Of a stretch of 64,000 nucleotides of DNA, positions 1-9,983 are shown piece after piece. The notes beneath the pieces are model-generated. The model had not been told where the DNA came from. It searched no databases and saw nothing but the letters and a program-made list of their open reading frames with translations. The stretch is from the IMG/VR virus record IMGVR_UViG_3300030047_000010, one strand, 5' to 3'. Source of the DNA: a virus. Lineage: Duplodnaviria > Heunggongvirae > Uroviricota > Caudoviricetes. The position numbers and the translations under genes are program-made. How positions within the stretch are numbered: position 1 is the stretch's first letter; each line of letters begins with the position of its first letter.

Positions 1-2251
1 GGATGTCTACAAGACCGTTCCCGGTAGATTCCTGCTTAGCCAGTATCTGAATGGCAGAATATGTATTCCTAGACCTATCAGCAAGGCGAGTCAATGAAGA
101 TGCTATCTCGCGAATAGCTTGTGACTTCAAATCATCATTAACAGAAGCAGTAGCCTCGACAACTGTATTCCCACCGTAGCTCAAAGCGTTACTAAATAAA
201 CGACGTATCAGTCCGAGAGCATCCTGTGTCTGCCGAGCATTACCTGTGTTGATCTTTATAGATACATCCCCGACACGCCCAAACTTACCAGGAGACTTCT
301 CAAGCTCAAACTCAGTACCAGAAGCACGAGTAAAGCTCTTAGTCTTATCTGTCACAGCACGCCCAACAATCTTAGATAAACCATCAGGCTTTAGAACAAC
401 ATCCTGGATTACAACAAGAACAGACCCAGCTAGCTCAGAGATAGTAACAGAGGCGGATCTGAGAGCAGGCTTACTGGACTTTAGACGCTCTTCAATCTTA
501 GAGTACAGCCTGTCTGTTGCTGTGCTTGCTACAGCTACAGAAGCTACACTGCTTACAGGTGAACCCTCTTTAGCTTCATGAGCAACTTCAGCAGTTTTAT
601 CATTAACAAAAGACTTGTCTAAAAGCTTTAACTCACGACCATCTTGCAAAAGGATACCGTCTTTAACAGTACGACCTAACGTACCCCTAAAATTAACTTT
701 GGTATCTAGCTTAAGCATATTGATGCATAGACCCAAGCTTCTCTTATTAGAAGCGACACTCTTTAAGATCGTCCCATCTTGGAAGTGAGTAAGAATTTCC
801 CACACTCCAGTACGATTAGCTAATGGACGTATACCAACAACACGGATGGCCCCTGTCCGATGAAGCACGCCACCAAACGGAACATACTCAGAAGCCAACG
901 CAACATTAGACTGAAAGATATCAGACATCAGCGTCTCTAGGTTAATCAGCACACGCTGCAGTCGATCAGCCTCAGGCCCATCAGCCTCTGACAGCTTCTC
1001 ACGGATTGTCTTATCTAAACGTAAGAATGTCTCGTGAGCTTCATTCATATCCAAAGAAACATCAGGTGTCTTCACAATAGATTCAACAGCACCGAGTTCC
1101 GGGCAGCCCAATTTACCTAAGTGCTCTAAACATACTTGATTATAGGAAGGATTGGCTCCGAGCTCAACCTGAGGAAGATCAGTACGAGCAGCTTTAAGCC
1201 CAGACACCAAATCAATTAATTGCTTGACCGGGTGGATATCTTCCTTAGGTTCTGAAATTGCTGCTTGAAAGATCAAGCCTATCTCAGAGGAAACATCTTC
1301 GGCACTGGGTACTCCTGTGCATTCAGGACACGCACAGCCATCACTATGTTCAGCTTCGTCATGAACAAACTCCGGATGCGGTTCATGAGAAAATGGGGCT
1401 GATTCAATATCGCCTAAAATCTTAAAATCAGGATCAGCTTTGTGCATATCTACTTCAGCATCAGTATTCAGTAGATTCAGAGCATGTGCTGCTAAGTCTG
1501 CATCTTCTGTTGCAATAGCGACAGCCAGATCCGAGCCTGCTTGAGTATATCCCAGAGCCAAAGCCTTAACGGCAACACTGGCCAGAGCAGGAACACGCTT
1601 GCATACAGCCTCTATATGAGAATCACTCAAAACACGAGATAGAGCAGATGACATATAGATAGCTTCATACTCAATCTGAGCAGAAGCAACAGATTGAAGA
1701 ATACCCTTATCAGCAGAACGAGTAAACAAGTCAATAGCATTGCCTGTCTGCTCAGAAGTCCAAACATGCCCAGCATGATCAAAACCATACTTAGATATGA
1801 TTCTCTGGGGCATAAAGTTATCATGTCTAATAGTAGCAAAAGCCCCGGCTCTAATACCTAATACAGGCTGAACAAGCAGATACCTAAGCATCTGACCTGC
1901 ACGAGCACCACGGTATTCTGGCTTTACGTACAACCAGCCAACCTCATAAGGAAATTCCTCAGTAGGTAGAGAAACACCCGCGCCCCTCTCAACATACTTG
2001 CGATATGAATCCAACGGTACTTTTAGAGCTGAAACACCCACAAGTTCATTAGAGTCTACTGAATAAGCAAAACCTAGAACTTTAGCCAACTTGATCCGCG
2101 TCTCCATACCCGTAGATGCTACTTGGCCACCCTCAGCAAGCAAAGTAGCAAACTGCTTGATCTCTTCAGCAGAACACTCAGCAGGTGTCTTTGATACGAC
2201 ACGGAATTTACCTAGGTTAGTTACTTGAGATGCAGTTACGTAGTGAAGCAT
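1..2251 (-). CDS. Large protein (over 750 aa in window), C-terminus beyond the left edge. The N-terminal ~170 aa carry a GNAT-like acetyltransferase motif (…VGWLYVKPEYRGARAGQML…); the remainder is a long alpha/beta region.
   Basis: Hand translation from ATG at 2251-2249 stays open to position 1. No competing ORF of 60 aa or more in the other five frames apart from two short shadow ORFs. The R-G-x-R/G-x-G/A pattern after a beta-strand matches GNAT motif A. Confidence 0.45.
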   Translation of the reverse strand, partial: MLHYVTASQVTNLGKFRVVSKTPAECSAEEIKQFATLLAEGGQVASTGMETRIKLAKVLGFAYSVDSNELVGVSALKVPLDSYRKYVERGAGVSLPTEEFPYEVGWLYVKPEYRGARAGQMLRYLLVQPVLGIRAGAFATIRHDNFMPQRIISKYGFDHAGHVWTSEQTGNAIDLFTRSADKGILQSVASAQIEYEAIYMSSALSRVLSDSHIEAVCKRVPALASVAVKALALGYTQAGSDLAVAIATEDADLAAHALNLLNTDAEVDMHKADPDFKILGDIESAPFSHEPHPEFVHDEAEHSDGCACPECTGVPSAEDVSSEIGLIFQAAISEPKEDIHPVKQLIDLVSGLKAARTDLPQVELGANPSYNQVCLEHLGKLGCPELGAVESIVKTPDVSLDMNEAHETFLRLDKTIREKLSEADGPEADRLQRVLINLETLMSDIFQSNVALASEYVPFGGVLHRTGAIRVVGIRPLANRTGVWEILTHFQDGTILKSVASNKRSLGLCINMLKLDTKVNFRGTLGRTVKDGILLQDGRELKLLDKSFVNDKTAEVAHEAKEGSPVSSVASVAVASTATDRLYSKIEERLKSSKPALRSASVTISELAGSVLVVIQDVVLKPDGLSKIVGRAVTDKTKSFTRASGTEFELEKSPGKFGRVGDVSIKINTGNARQTQDALGLIRRLFSNALSYGGNTVVEATASVNDDLKSQAIREIASSLTRLADRSRNTYSAIQILAKQESTGNGLVDI

Positions 2252-2262
2252 TGTCTTTCCAA

Positions 2263-2898
2263 TCACGAATCAGATTTAAGCTGGATGTCATCAAAGTCGA
2301 TCTTCTGATCAGCTTTAACTGTAAAATCAATAGGCTGTTTACCAGCAAAAGCTACAGATATATCAAAATCAGCGTGTACAACTAACTTGCCCCGATCTAA
2401 GTCTAACGAAGAGCGATCTTCAGTGACAGTCATCTCATTGGCGGTAGACAGGGCTGCCGATATTGCTGTCCCTGTAGGCTGAATCTCATCCAAGGAAGCA
2501 GCTAGCGCCTCTAACTTGGCATCATCTGTTTCAGATAGTGCCAACTCATTAATCAAAGAAGCTGTAGCCTCTAAGATCTCCATATCCTGTGCTCCTCTCA
2601 TGCGCTCTGTAATCAACTTGCACAGATCAACAAGCTCTTTAGACGCACGAGCCAAGTAATTCTTAAACAAATTAGGTGAATTAGCCAGAGATCCCTCTTC
2701 TTGAAGCATCTGGATATGCGTAAGCAAATCACCAACATCCTTCAAATTCTGCGCAAGAAATCTCCCAGGAGTAGGACGATCCATCCAACTCGTCTGACGA
2801 GATTCAGCATCACGCAGAGTAGACAAGTGAGATAACCGTTTCTTCCTAGTGCGAAGAAACGGGTTATGCTTGTCTGGGGTGTAATAGGAAGAGGGCAT
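2263..2898 (-). CDS. Hypothetical protein, 211 aa
   Basis: ORF whose ATG overlaps the stop of the upstream gene (TAATG coupling). Confidence 0.5.
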   Translation of the reverse strand: MPSSYYTPDKHNPFLRTRKKRLSHLSTLRDAESRQTSWMDRPTPGRFLAQNLKDVGDLLTHIQMLQEEGSLANSPNLFKNYLARASKELVDLCKLITERMRGAQDMEILEATASLINELALSETDDAKLEALAASLDEIQPTGTAISAALSTANEMTVTEDRSSLDLDRGKLVVHADFDISVAFAGKQPIDFTVKADQKIDFDDIQLKSDS

Positions 2899-4868
2899 TA
2901 ATCGAGATCCAATCCACCAGGAGCTACGGGACGACGGACATTAGCAGAGGGTGTACCGGCATCCAACGTTTGTGCATTCAAATCAGAAAGGATATACTGA
3001 TGACGAGTTGTTGTTGGAGAGTACTTGCCAGGAATTATATACCACTGATCGTTAACACGAGCTCCAATAGGAGTTGCATAGCTATATAGCCAGTAGTCGG
3101 CACCCAAAGTCTGCAGCTTATCTATGACACGCATGCTTTCCTGGTTATTTTCAGCCCACCCAGCACCTTGGAAAGTTGGCGAGCCACTAACGCTGCCCTT
3201 ATTAATTTTGAATGGAAGACCGCGCTCAATCTTCGTCCTAGCGGCTTCAGGGAGATGTGTTGCACCAAAAGCAAGTACTTCAGTAGCTGCTGTTGCTTCA
3301 TTATGGGGAACTTCAACAAACTGCGTTCCCTTGTACCGACCACCTACTGTATGTAGTGCTTGTACAAAACTACGAATAGTCTTAGCTTCAGGATCATAAG
3401 GAGACTGAACATACTTAACAGTAACTTCTTTAGCACCATGCTTGATAGTGATAAAGAAAGGCTCAGTAGCATCTTCAGTAGCTGCTGTTGCTTCAGATGG
3501 TCCCATGTATTTAGTAGACCACGCCTCAATAGCACCCACCAACTGACTCACATTATAATCTGCTGCAAACCGATTAGGTCTAATTGTCAATTGCTTCTTT
3601 ACAGTACCCGAAGTAATCACAACATCAATAGGCGCTGAAGGTTCAAACGCAGTTACAATAGTATGCTTAACACCAGCAGTAGCCAGAGCATGAGATAGAG
3701 CACCTAGGTTGAAGGACGCTTCTGCATCTAGATCCAGCCCACCAGGAGCTACGGGACGACGGACATTTGAGTCCGTAACAGACGCATCAAATGCCTTAGC
3801 ATCGAATTGGCGAGAGAGACCACCCTGATGACGAGTTGTTGTTGGAGAGTATTTACCAGGAATATCATACCACTGATTGTCCAGCCTAGCAAGAATAGGG
3901 GTCTGATAACTATAAATCCAGTAATCCGCCCCAGCGCTCTTGAGCTTCTCAATTACATTAGTAGCTTCTTCACGAGCCCAACCCGAACCGCTAAAGGTAG
4001 GTGAGCCGCTTACGCTTCCCTTGTTAATTTTGAAGGGGAGATCACGCCCAATCTTCGCTACGGTAGAGGCATCTAGGTTCGTATAGCCCGCAGCCGTTAT
4101 TACTGTAGAAGCAGCAGCTTCAGCTTCATTAGAATGCGGATGAACAAGACGAATAGGACATCCGGTAGTATCACCTGTACTTAAGATTCTCTGCTTGTTA
4201 GCACGAATCGCAGCATTATCTGCGTCAGTACCAAGTAAAGCTTCAACTTCTTCCCCTGCCGGACTAGTACCACGAAGGAAAGCACCCTCATCATCATTAG
4301 GGTATACTGTCTCAGATCGCCATTTAATACCCGAAATGGAAGCTTCAGCTTCATTAGAAGAGCCTACCCCTGTAACACCATCATAGATAGCCTGTTTCTC
4401 TTCATCAGTCCATCCGTCATTCAGATGATAGGAGTAAGTAGTCAATTCACCTGTCTGTAGATCACGATCACTATCGTTGCTACTTGTTGAATACCAACCA
4501 CCATGAGTAAAAGAAGAAGCAGAGAATTCAGTAGCGCTTTCCTTTTTCAGGAAGTCAACAGCTTGATCAACAGCGGTTTCATCACCGTCGTCACTGAACT
4601 CTATACCTTCTTCGTTCTCCCACCCCTTATCATCTGTCTCACCAGCACCCAAGGACTCATCATCCCAGGTCTCGTAAGTGATCGAGATGCGCTTTCCCGG
4701 ACCTGCCGCGATAGCTTCATTAGGAGCACCAACAAGCATATGCTTCAAGCCGGCAGAAGCTAGAGCCTGTGAGAGCTCTGCCATAGTTTCAGGTTTCGAC
4801 TTTACATAAGTGTGCTGTACACCAGCAGAAGCTAGGGCAATAGCAAGGTTATCAAGTTCACCGGACAT
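2898..4868 (-). CDS. Protein with internal tandem duplication (about 656 aa from the ATG at 4868). Two copies of a module ending …LPFKINKGSVSGSPTF.G.GWA…GADYW.YSY.TPI.AR…QWY.IPGKYSPTTTRHQ…NVRRPVAPGGLDLD. Possible receptor/cell-wall-binding or hydrolase module.
   Basis: Long ORF. GAGGT RBS 7 nt upstream of the internal ATG at 4868-4866. Nucleotide copies at about 2898-3300 and 3727-4130 are roughly 85% identical. Confidence 0.6.
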   Translation of the reverse strand: MSGELDNLAIALASAGVQHTYVKSKPETMAELSQALASAGLKHMLVGAPNEAIAAGPGKRISITYETWDDESLGAGETDDKGWENEEGIEFSDDGDETAVDQAVDFLKKESATEFSASSFTHGGWYSTSSNDSDRDLQTGELTTYSYHLNDGWTDEEKQAIYDGVTGVGSSNEAEASISGIKWRSETVYPNDDEGAFLRGTSPAGEEVEALLGTDADNAAIRANKQRILSTGDTTGCPIRLVHPHSNEAEAAASTVITAAGYTNLDASTVAKIGRDLPFKINKGSVSGSPTFSGSGWAREEATNVIEKLKSAGADYWIYSYQTPILARLDNQWYDIPGKYSPTTTRHQGGLSRQFDAKAFDASVTDSNVRRPVAPGGLDLDAEASFNLGALSHALATAGVKHTIVTAFEPSAPIDVVITSGTVKKQLTIRPNRFAADYNVSQLVGAIEAWSTKYMGPSEATAATEDATEPFFITIKHGAKEVTVKYVQSPYDPEAKTIRSFVQALHTVGGRYKGTQFVEVPHNEATAATEVLAFGATHLPEAARTKIERGLPFKINKGSVSGSPTFQGAGWAENNQESMRVIDKLQTLGADYWLYSYATPIGARVNDQWYIIPGKYSPTTTRHQYILSDLNAQTLDAGTPSANVRRPVAPGGLDLD

Positions 4869-4878
4869 CGTAATTACC

Positions 4879-6666
4879 TCATTGATGGATTGAAAGCTGA
4901 AGCACTGTATAAAGAAGTTCAATAGCTAAGTCAACATCGGAACCCTTAAAGGAATACACAATGTTTACTGTTGGTGTTCCGCCAACATTCTTGCCATCGA
5001 CAAGAGCCATTTGAATAGAAGAAGGAGTTCTTGATGTAAACGTACCAACAGCAGTTGTTTTGAAGTTCTCAAAGTCATACCCTTTAGGTAGATCTATAGG
5101 GAAATCAACAACAACTTTACGATCAGACAAAGGTTCACTTAATGTTGATACATCCGTAGTAATAAATATATCCTTAACACCAAATATGGTAGATGTATAT
5201 TTAACTCTACGGTTATGTTCTAAACTATCTTTTATAAACTGACTCAGATACTCGTCCCGCTTTGTTGCAGCGGCGAAGGAGGTCAACGGATTAGTTCCCA
5301 AGACAATCACAGGTGACTCACCTTGTAATATGGAATCAACATCCAGTGACTTGAATTTATCAGAGGGTGCGAAGTTATCCAAAGTCTCAGGAGTACCCAT
5401 AGATTTATCTGTTATGTACCCGATGAGACGTGGATGCTCGCCCGCAGGGTCCAGCACCATAATCTCAATCCCCGTATCACTAGCTGAATTTGTCTGCAGC
5501 TTATACTTCAAATCACAGGTATCTAGGTGCGCTACAAGGCTACGAGCGACATGGAAAGGAAGAATAGCAGACTTAGTGTGACTTTTATGAGCAAACAACC
5601 CATGAGATTTAATACTACCAATAAAATTTGATAGCAAGTCATCACGCAGAGTGCCACGAGTCTCAATAACAGGGTGAGGTGACAGGGTACCTGCCTTTTC
5701 ACATTTTACATCAGACACATCAATCTTGCCACCACCTACAGACACAGAGGCAGTATACTTCGACTTATCTGCACAAAACTCAAGTATAACTTTAATATCG
5801 TGATCATCAGCCTTATCCATGTTCATAGATATAGCTAAAGCAACAACAGACTTAATACTTACCTGAGAATCAACAAACACGTCTTTAGCCATCTCGAAGT
5901 CATGTCGGAAGAGAGGCTGATGCTCAATCTTACCGTCACGAAGTATAGATACCAACGCTACAGGTCTATGAGGAAATGTTCTGGATAAAGCATCTAATAC
6001 ATTAACAGAAGCCAACTCGTCAGGATTATCAGAAGAAGCTCCTGTATAAAAACGATTGAATGACCGTGAATCGTATACACCTTTCAAACCGTGTATACGA
6101 ATGTCGGCTAATTTAGAATCAACAGATACAGGAGTAGGCGGATTTAGTTGATGAATACGCTCAAACAGCTTCTTCTTAATCCACCCAAGTAATTGTATAA
6201 GAACAAATCCACCAAAGTAACCACTAAGCATAACTTTAATAGCATTCAGAACTTTATTAGCATCACGTTCTAGATTAAACTGCTGACCGATACCAGCAGT
6301 AGCTATATTAAATATGTTACGCTCTACCATATCCCAAGCAGCAACAGCTAATTCAGGAATAGGTGTATCATAGGAAGCACGCCACATCTTTGGGTCGTGT
6401 ATCAAAGTTGGAAAGATATCAGGACGCTTCAAATCTTTTGGTGAGAGACATACTTCAGATCCTTCTGCCTGTGGATCATCAAGATCAAGAAGCACACGAG
6501 TTTGAACCAAGCCTCGTCTCTCAGGGGTATCTGCGACATCGTCGTCCCCGTAGATCTTGATTGCTTGTACATACTTATGTTTCGGCCTTTCTCCGTCGAT
6601 TATTTGAAACACGGTGTCGTGATAATCTTCAGGAGCAACGCCTGTGGTAGCTTTGATCTTATTCAT
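4879..6666 (-). CDS. Hypothetical virion-type protein, 595 aa
   Basis: Long ORF in the co-directional array. Its ATG overlaps the stop of the 50-aa ORF as ATGA. Confidence 0.55.
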   Translation of the reverse strand: MNKIKATTGVAPEDYHDTVFQIIDGERPKHKYVQAIKIYGDDDVADTPERRGLVQTRVLLDLDDPQAEGSEVCLSPKDLKRPDIFPTLIHDPKMWRASYDTPIPELAVAAWDMVERNIFNIATAGIGQQFNLERDANKVLNAIKVMLSGYFGGFVLIQLLGWIKKKLFERIHQLNPPTPVSVDSKLADIRIHGLKGVYDSRSFNRFYTGASSDNPDELASVNVLDALSRTFPHRPVALVSILRDGKIEHQPLFRHDFEMAKDVFVDSQVSIKSVVALAISMNMDKADDHDIKVILEFCADKSKYTASVSVGGGKIDVSDVKCEKAGTLSPHPVIETRGTLRDDLLSNFIGSIKSHGLFAHKSHTKSAILPFHVARSLVAHLDTCDLKYKLQTNSASDTGIEIMVLDPAGEHPRLIGYITDKSMGTPETLDNFAPSDKFKSLDVDSILQGESPVIVLGTNPLTSFAAATKRDEYLSQFIKDSLEHNRRVKYTSTIFGVKDIFITTDVSTLSEPLSDRKVVVDFPIDLPKGYDFENFKTTAVGTFTSRTPSSIQMALVDGKNVGGTPTVNIVYSFKGSDVDLAIELLYTVLQLSIHQ

Positions 6667-6815
6667 GCAGTCCTTGCCTGTGTCCGAACTAAAAAGATGT
6701 TCTTACATTTCGGACATATTTGGGTGCCAGATCGAGTAGTAGAGTATCTTCCACAGTGGGGACATACAGTAGCTTTTGTAGTCAAGGGCTGCAATTTCCC
6801 ACTACAGCAACTCAT
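6663..6815 (-). CDS. Small zinc-ribbon protein, 50 aa (MSCCSGKLQPLTTKATVCPHCGRYSTTRSGTQICPKCKNIFLVRTQARTA). Below the 60-aa cutoff of the ORF track.
   Basis: Hand translation. The start overlaps the upstream stop as TAATG and the stop overlaps the downstream ATG as ATGA. CPHC…CPKC four-cysteine ribbon. Confidence 0.45.
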   Translation of the reverse strand: MSCCSGKLQPLTTKATVCPHCGRYSTTRSGTQICPKCKNIFLVRTQARTA

Positions 6816-7114
6816 TATTTAGATTCCCATAGAAGCACACGTGTATGTAGAGCATCTACAATATCTAGTAGTACACGTATACTGAAAGCTGAACCACTAG
6901 TTACCATGGCAGAAATAGCTGGGAAATACCAATCAAAAGTAACTAAACCTGTACATAGATGAACAATACCTAGGGCAAAACCAAGATACCAACCTAAGCA
7001 AAGAGGACAAGCAACAGCACGTCCTATTACTTTTGATAGATGAAAAGCTATAGGCGTCTTAACAAAAAGAGCTACCAACCAGCTTAATGCAACAAAATGT
7101 AGATAGATAGTCAT
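6815..7114 (-). CDS. Small integral membrane protein with a CPLCLGWY motif (DUF1360-like)
   Basis: Hydrophobic segments. CPxCxGxW motif as remembered for DUF1360-type membrane proteins. Confidence 0.45.
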   Translation of the reverse strand: MTIYLHFVALSWLVALFVKTPIAFHLSKVIGRAVACPLCLGWYLGFALGIVHLCTGLVTFDWYFPAISAMVTSGSAFSIRVLLDIVDALHTRVLLWESK

Positions 7115-7130
7115 AGGTGTTTAGCTTTTG

Positions 7131-7577
7131 TCACATCAATACAACGGGTGAATTATTATCTAAGCTAACACCCGATAAATCAGAACCAAACACATGCTTA
7201 GCTTCTACAGAATCACAAGTAGCTGCGATAACAATACCCTCAGGTACTTCAAAGTCACCAAGGACACGACAAATTAATATAGTAGCAAACGCAGGAATAT
7301 TAAAACCAAATTCAGCTTCAGTCATTGCGGAATGTAGTTCCAAACATCTGTAGTAGACAGAATTGAGAACATCATACAAATAAGATCCAGGAACAAATAC
7401 ATAATTAGAATTATGTAGAAATTTTACATACACTCTTCCACAGGATTCGGTAAAGCCGAACTCAGATAGATCAACAGTATCATCTTTAGTTATCATACCA
7501 GATAGAAGACAACCACGGGAGTCACCTTCTGCATTTTCTGGAACAGACTTGTAGTAGATATATGTAGATGTTGTCAT
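7131..7577 (-). CDS. Hypothetical protein, 148 aa
   Basis: ORF in array. Confidence 0.45.
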   Translation of the reverse strand: MTTSTYIYYKSVPENAEGDSRGCLLSGMITKDDTVDLSEFGFTESCGRVYVKFLHNSNYVFVPGSYLYDVLNSVYYRCLELHSAMTEAEFGFNIPAFATILICRVLGDFEVPEGIVIAATCDSVEAKHVFGSDLSGVSLDNNSPVVLM

Positions 7578-7625
7578 GAGTAATCTCCTAACAGTTAATA
7601 AGGTAAATAAAACATCAATACGTAG

Positions 7626-8597
7626 TTACAGTGGAAACTTACGGTATATCTCAAACTGCTGTGCAACACGACAGTTCACATCAAAACCCATATAACGACC
7701 TATAGCATACTTAGGAGCTACTTCTGTAATTTTATATACTTTGTCCTGCTCAGGGTAGTATAAGAAATCATCCTGTGTATAAGCCGTTATCCTATTATCA
7801 AACACAATCTGTGTAACGCCAAACTGTTCCTCAAAACCGTATTCTTGTAGATTAACGGTTTCTGTATTAGTTGGTATGTCACCGCGAATCATCAAATCCT
7901 TCTTATTCAACAACCCGTATCTAAAATAGATATTTGAAAAAGCCGGAGAAATCACATCTAAGGATGTGCGTGTCATAGTCACACGAATAGTAAACGCAGT
8001 AGATGTACTAATTATAGATGTTAAATTTGCTTCTGTTAATGGTATCGCGGTACTAACCGAAGACCCAGAGACACGTATCGTGGGTGTAACCGTAGAATAG
8101 CCACTCTTGCTTGAGTAGATAAATCTAATAGAATCAACATAACCCTTATTACGATGAGTCGCAAAGGTAGCCTCAAACCAGCCAGATAGGTTCTGAGGAT
8201 CCAGAACAAGTAAGACAGGACGAGAACCTAGGTCAGGAACAACACCCGACATATTCATCTCAGGTGTCGTATAATCTAAAATATCAGAGTAGGTACCGAA
8301 CTTGTCATAACCACCGGGAATACCAGTACCAAAACATACATTACAAGTACCATCAGGAGAAGTCTGATCAGCTAACAGGCACGAGCAGGTACGCCCCGAG
8401 GACTTACGCTTGTAGTAGTAAAAGTACCGAGTATCTATACTCAGGGCATTAGAATTTAACTGGACTACCTGTTTAATCAGACCTTCAGCTATTTCACGAC
8501 CAGGCCCCACTAAACCGTCAGTACGAGACATGACACTATTACCGTCATCTCTCCATTGCTGCGATGGGGCAGGTTGTCGTACTGATCGTATTCCCAT
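7626..8597 (-). CDS. Hypothetical structural protein, about 323 aa, with a CSC…CNVC cysteine cluster
   Basis: ORF. The likely start ATG at 8597 overlaps the upstream stop (TAATG). Confidence 0.5.
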   Translation of the reverse strand: MGIRSVRQPAPSQQWRDDGNSVMSRTDGLVGPGREIAEGLIKQVVQLNSNALSIDTRYFYYYKRKSSGRTCSCLLADQTSPDGTCNVCFGTGIPGGYDKFGTYSDILDYTTPEMNMSGVVPDLGSRPVLLVLDPQNLSGWFEATFATHRNKGYVDSIRFIYSSKSGYSTVTPTIRVSGSSVSTAIPLTEANLTSIISTSTAFTIRVTMTRTSLDVISPAFSNIYFRYGLLNKKDLMIRGDIPTNTETVNLQEYGFEEQFGVTQIVFDNRITAYTQDDFLYYPEQDKVYKITEVAPKYAIGRYMGFDVNCRVAQQFEIYRKFPL

Positions 8598-9346
8598 TAT
8601 AGGGCCACCGAGGCACAAAGTAAAAACAATAGAATAGCAGCACGAGCAACAGCTATTGTAGCATTACCTTTTGTGCATAAAGATTTCAGTTTAGATAACC
8701 CGTAAGTATGCCCTTTAGGTGGATTCTCCTGAACGGCATCCACGGCTGATTCTGCATCAAGATCTAAGGCTTCAAGAGGGATAGCCGTTGTAGCTGATCC
8801 GGATACATCTTTAGCTCTCTGTATTATATCTTTATTCATGCGTAAACTAACCAGCAGCGCATAATCTAACGTAGGACAAACAACTTCAGAATTACTTAAG
8901 TCAGTTGCTGTTATAGTAGCACAAACATTATTATAATAGTCATCCCGGCATAGCTCAACAACGGCCTTAGGCTCAGATGTTACACGTATCAGAGGAGTAT
9001 GAGTTTTTCTAACATATCGTTTTGTTATCTTAGTATATGTTACATCTTCATTCAACATAATAACAGCAGGTATATATTGTAACTCACCTAGAACAGCATC
9101 AAATAAAGATTTATCAACATAAGCAATAACAGTAGATTCTACATGGCAGGTATTATGCTGCAACGATAACCAGTTAGCAGAAAACTCTCGTCGGTATGCT
9201 TTTGTAAAAGCGGACGCTTGCTCTTTAGAGAACCCAACGCACAGAACAAAAAACGATGCTGCCGTATGCAGTATGTTATCCAATCTGTCTACGTTTTCTA
9301 CTGTAAGATCGTGAAACGGTGTTACCATGATAGATCCTGCACTCAA
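8597..9346 (-). CDS. Hypothetical protein, 249 aa, with hydrophobic C-terminus
   Basis: ORF; ATGA overlap with the upstream gene. Confidence 0.45.
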   Translation of the reverse strand: MSAGSIMVTPFHDLTVENVDRLDNILHTAASFFVLCVGFSKEQASAFTKAYRREFSANWLSLQHNTCHVESTVIAYVDKSLFDAVLGELQYIPAVIMLNEDVTYTKITKRYVRKTHTPLIRVTSEPKAVVELCRDDYYNNVCATITATDLSNSEVVCPTLDYALLVSLRMNKDIIQRAKDVSGSATTAIPLEALDLDAESAVDAVQENPPKGHTYGLSKLKSLCTKGNATIAVARAAILLFLLCASVAL

Positions 9347-9978
9347 CGAGGGAACTTAAACAACAGTTGGGCTAATTCTTTGCCAAAAGAAGCAACGATA
9401 CCCATGATTATTATACCAAGTAAATTGATTAGCCACATTTTACGCTCTAATGTGATTAATCGTTTATCTATATCAGATACCTTTGTAGGAACAGAACGAA
9501 GCTCGCTTCTAGGCATCTCTGCATTCTCTAAATTCTGCTGCTTCATTATTTTATTATCTATCAAGTACTCTATATTCTTAAATGTATCTGCAACTTTTGC
9601 TTGAATGATAGTATCAACACGACCATCAATACCCTCCAAGCGAGCTATAGAATCTTTAAGACTTGAAACTAAGCTACGTAACTCCGCAATACCCTCCGCG
9701 TTAGCATTAGTAATAGTTACTGCGGCAGATAACTTCTCAGCAACGGCTGAATACATATTAGATAAACGCCGTATCTCTTCTTCAAAATGAGTCCGAATCT
9801 GCTGAAGAGCGTACTCGGTACGGTCATTCGCCTCTCTTACAGCTTCATTTATTCTAGAATCAATAGTAGCGATATCATCCTTGATCCTAGATAAATCTTG
9901 AAACATATAAGCACGAATATCAGGATCCACGGGACTGATATTTGCTGCCTCACGATAATCATTGGCATTATGCGACAT
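9343..9978 (-). CDS. Coiled-coil protein with C-terminal transmembrane anchor, 211 aa
   Basis: Heptad-rich sequence with a terminal hydrophobic helix. Confidence 0.5.
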   Translation of the reverse strand: MSHNANDYREAANISPVDPDIRAYMFQDLSRIKDDIATIDSRINEAVREANDRTEYALQQIRTHFEEEIRRLSNMYSAVAEKLSAAVTITNANAEGIAELRSLVSSLKDSIARLEGIDGRVDTIIQAKVADTFKNIEYLIDNKIMKQQNLENAEMPRSELRSVPTKVSDIDKRLITLERKMWLINLLGIIIMGIVASFGKELAQLLFKFPR

Positions 9979-9983
9979 TAGAA

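Noticed and set aside
246-581. Plus-strand ORFs of 60-180 aa scattered across the window, for example 246-581, 3124-3399, 6502-6962, 15042-15425, 32025-32520, 41761-42240 and 52251-52781
   Set aside because: All lie antisense inside long, well-supported minus-strand genes. They lack RBS or promoter context and have skewed R/L/S-rich composition typical of shadow ORFs. Only the 27977-28864 plus-strand genes have their own promoters, RBSs and a terminator.
6667-6720. 7-bp inverted repeat gtccgaa…ttcggac with a 20-nt loop, considered as a terminator
   Set aside because: No U-run follows on the minus strand. The region is in fact coding for the 50-aa zinc-ribbon ORF.
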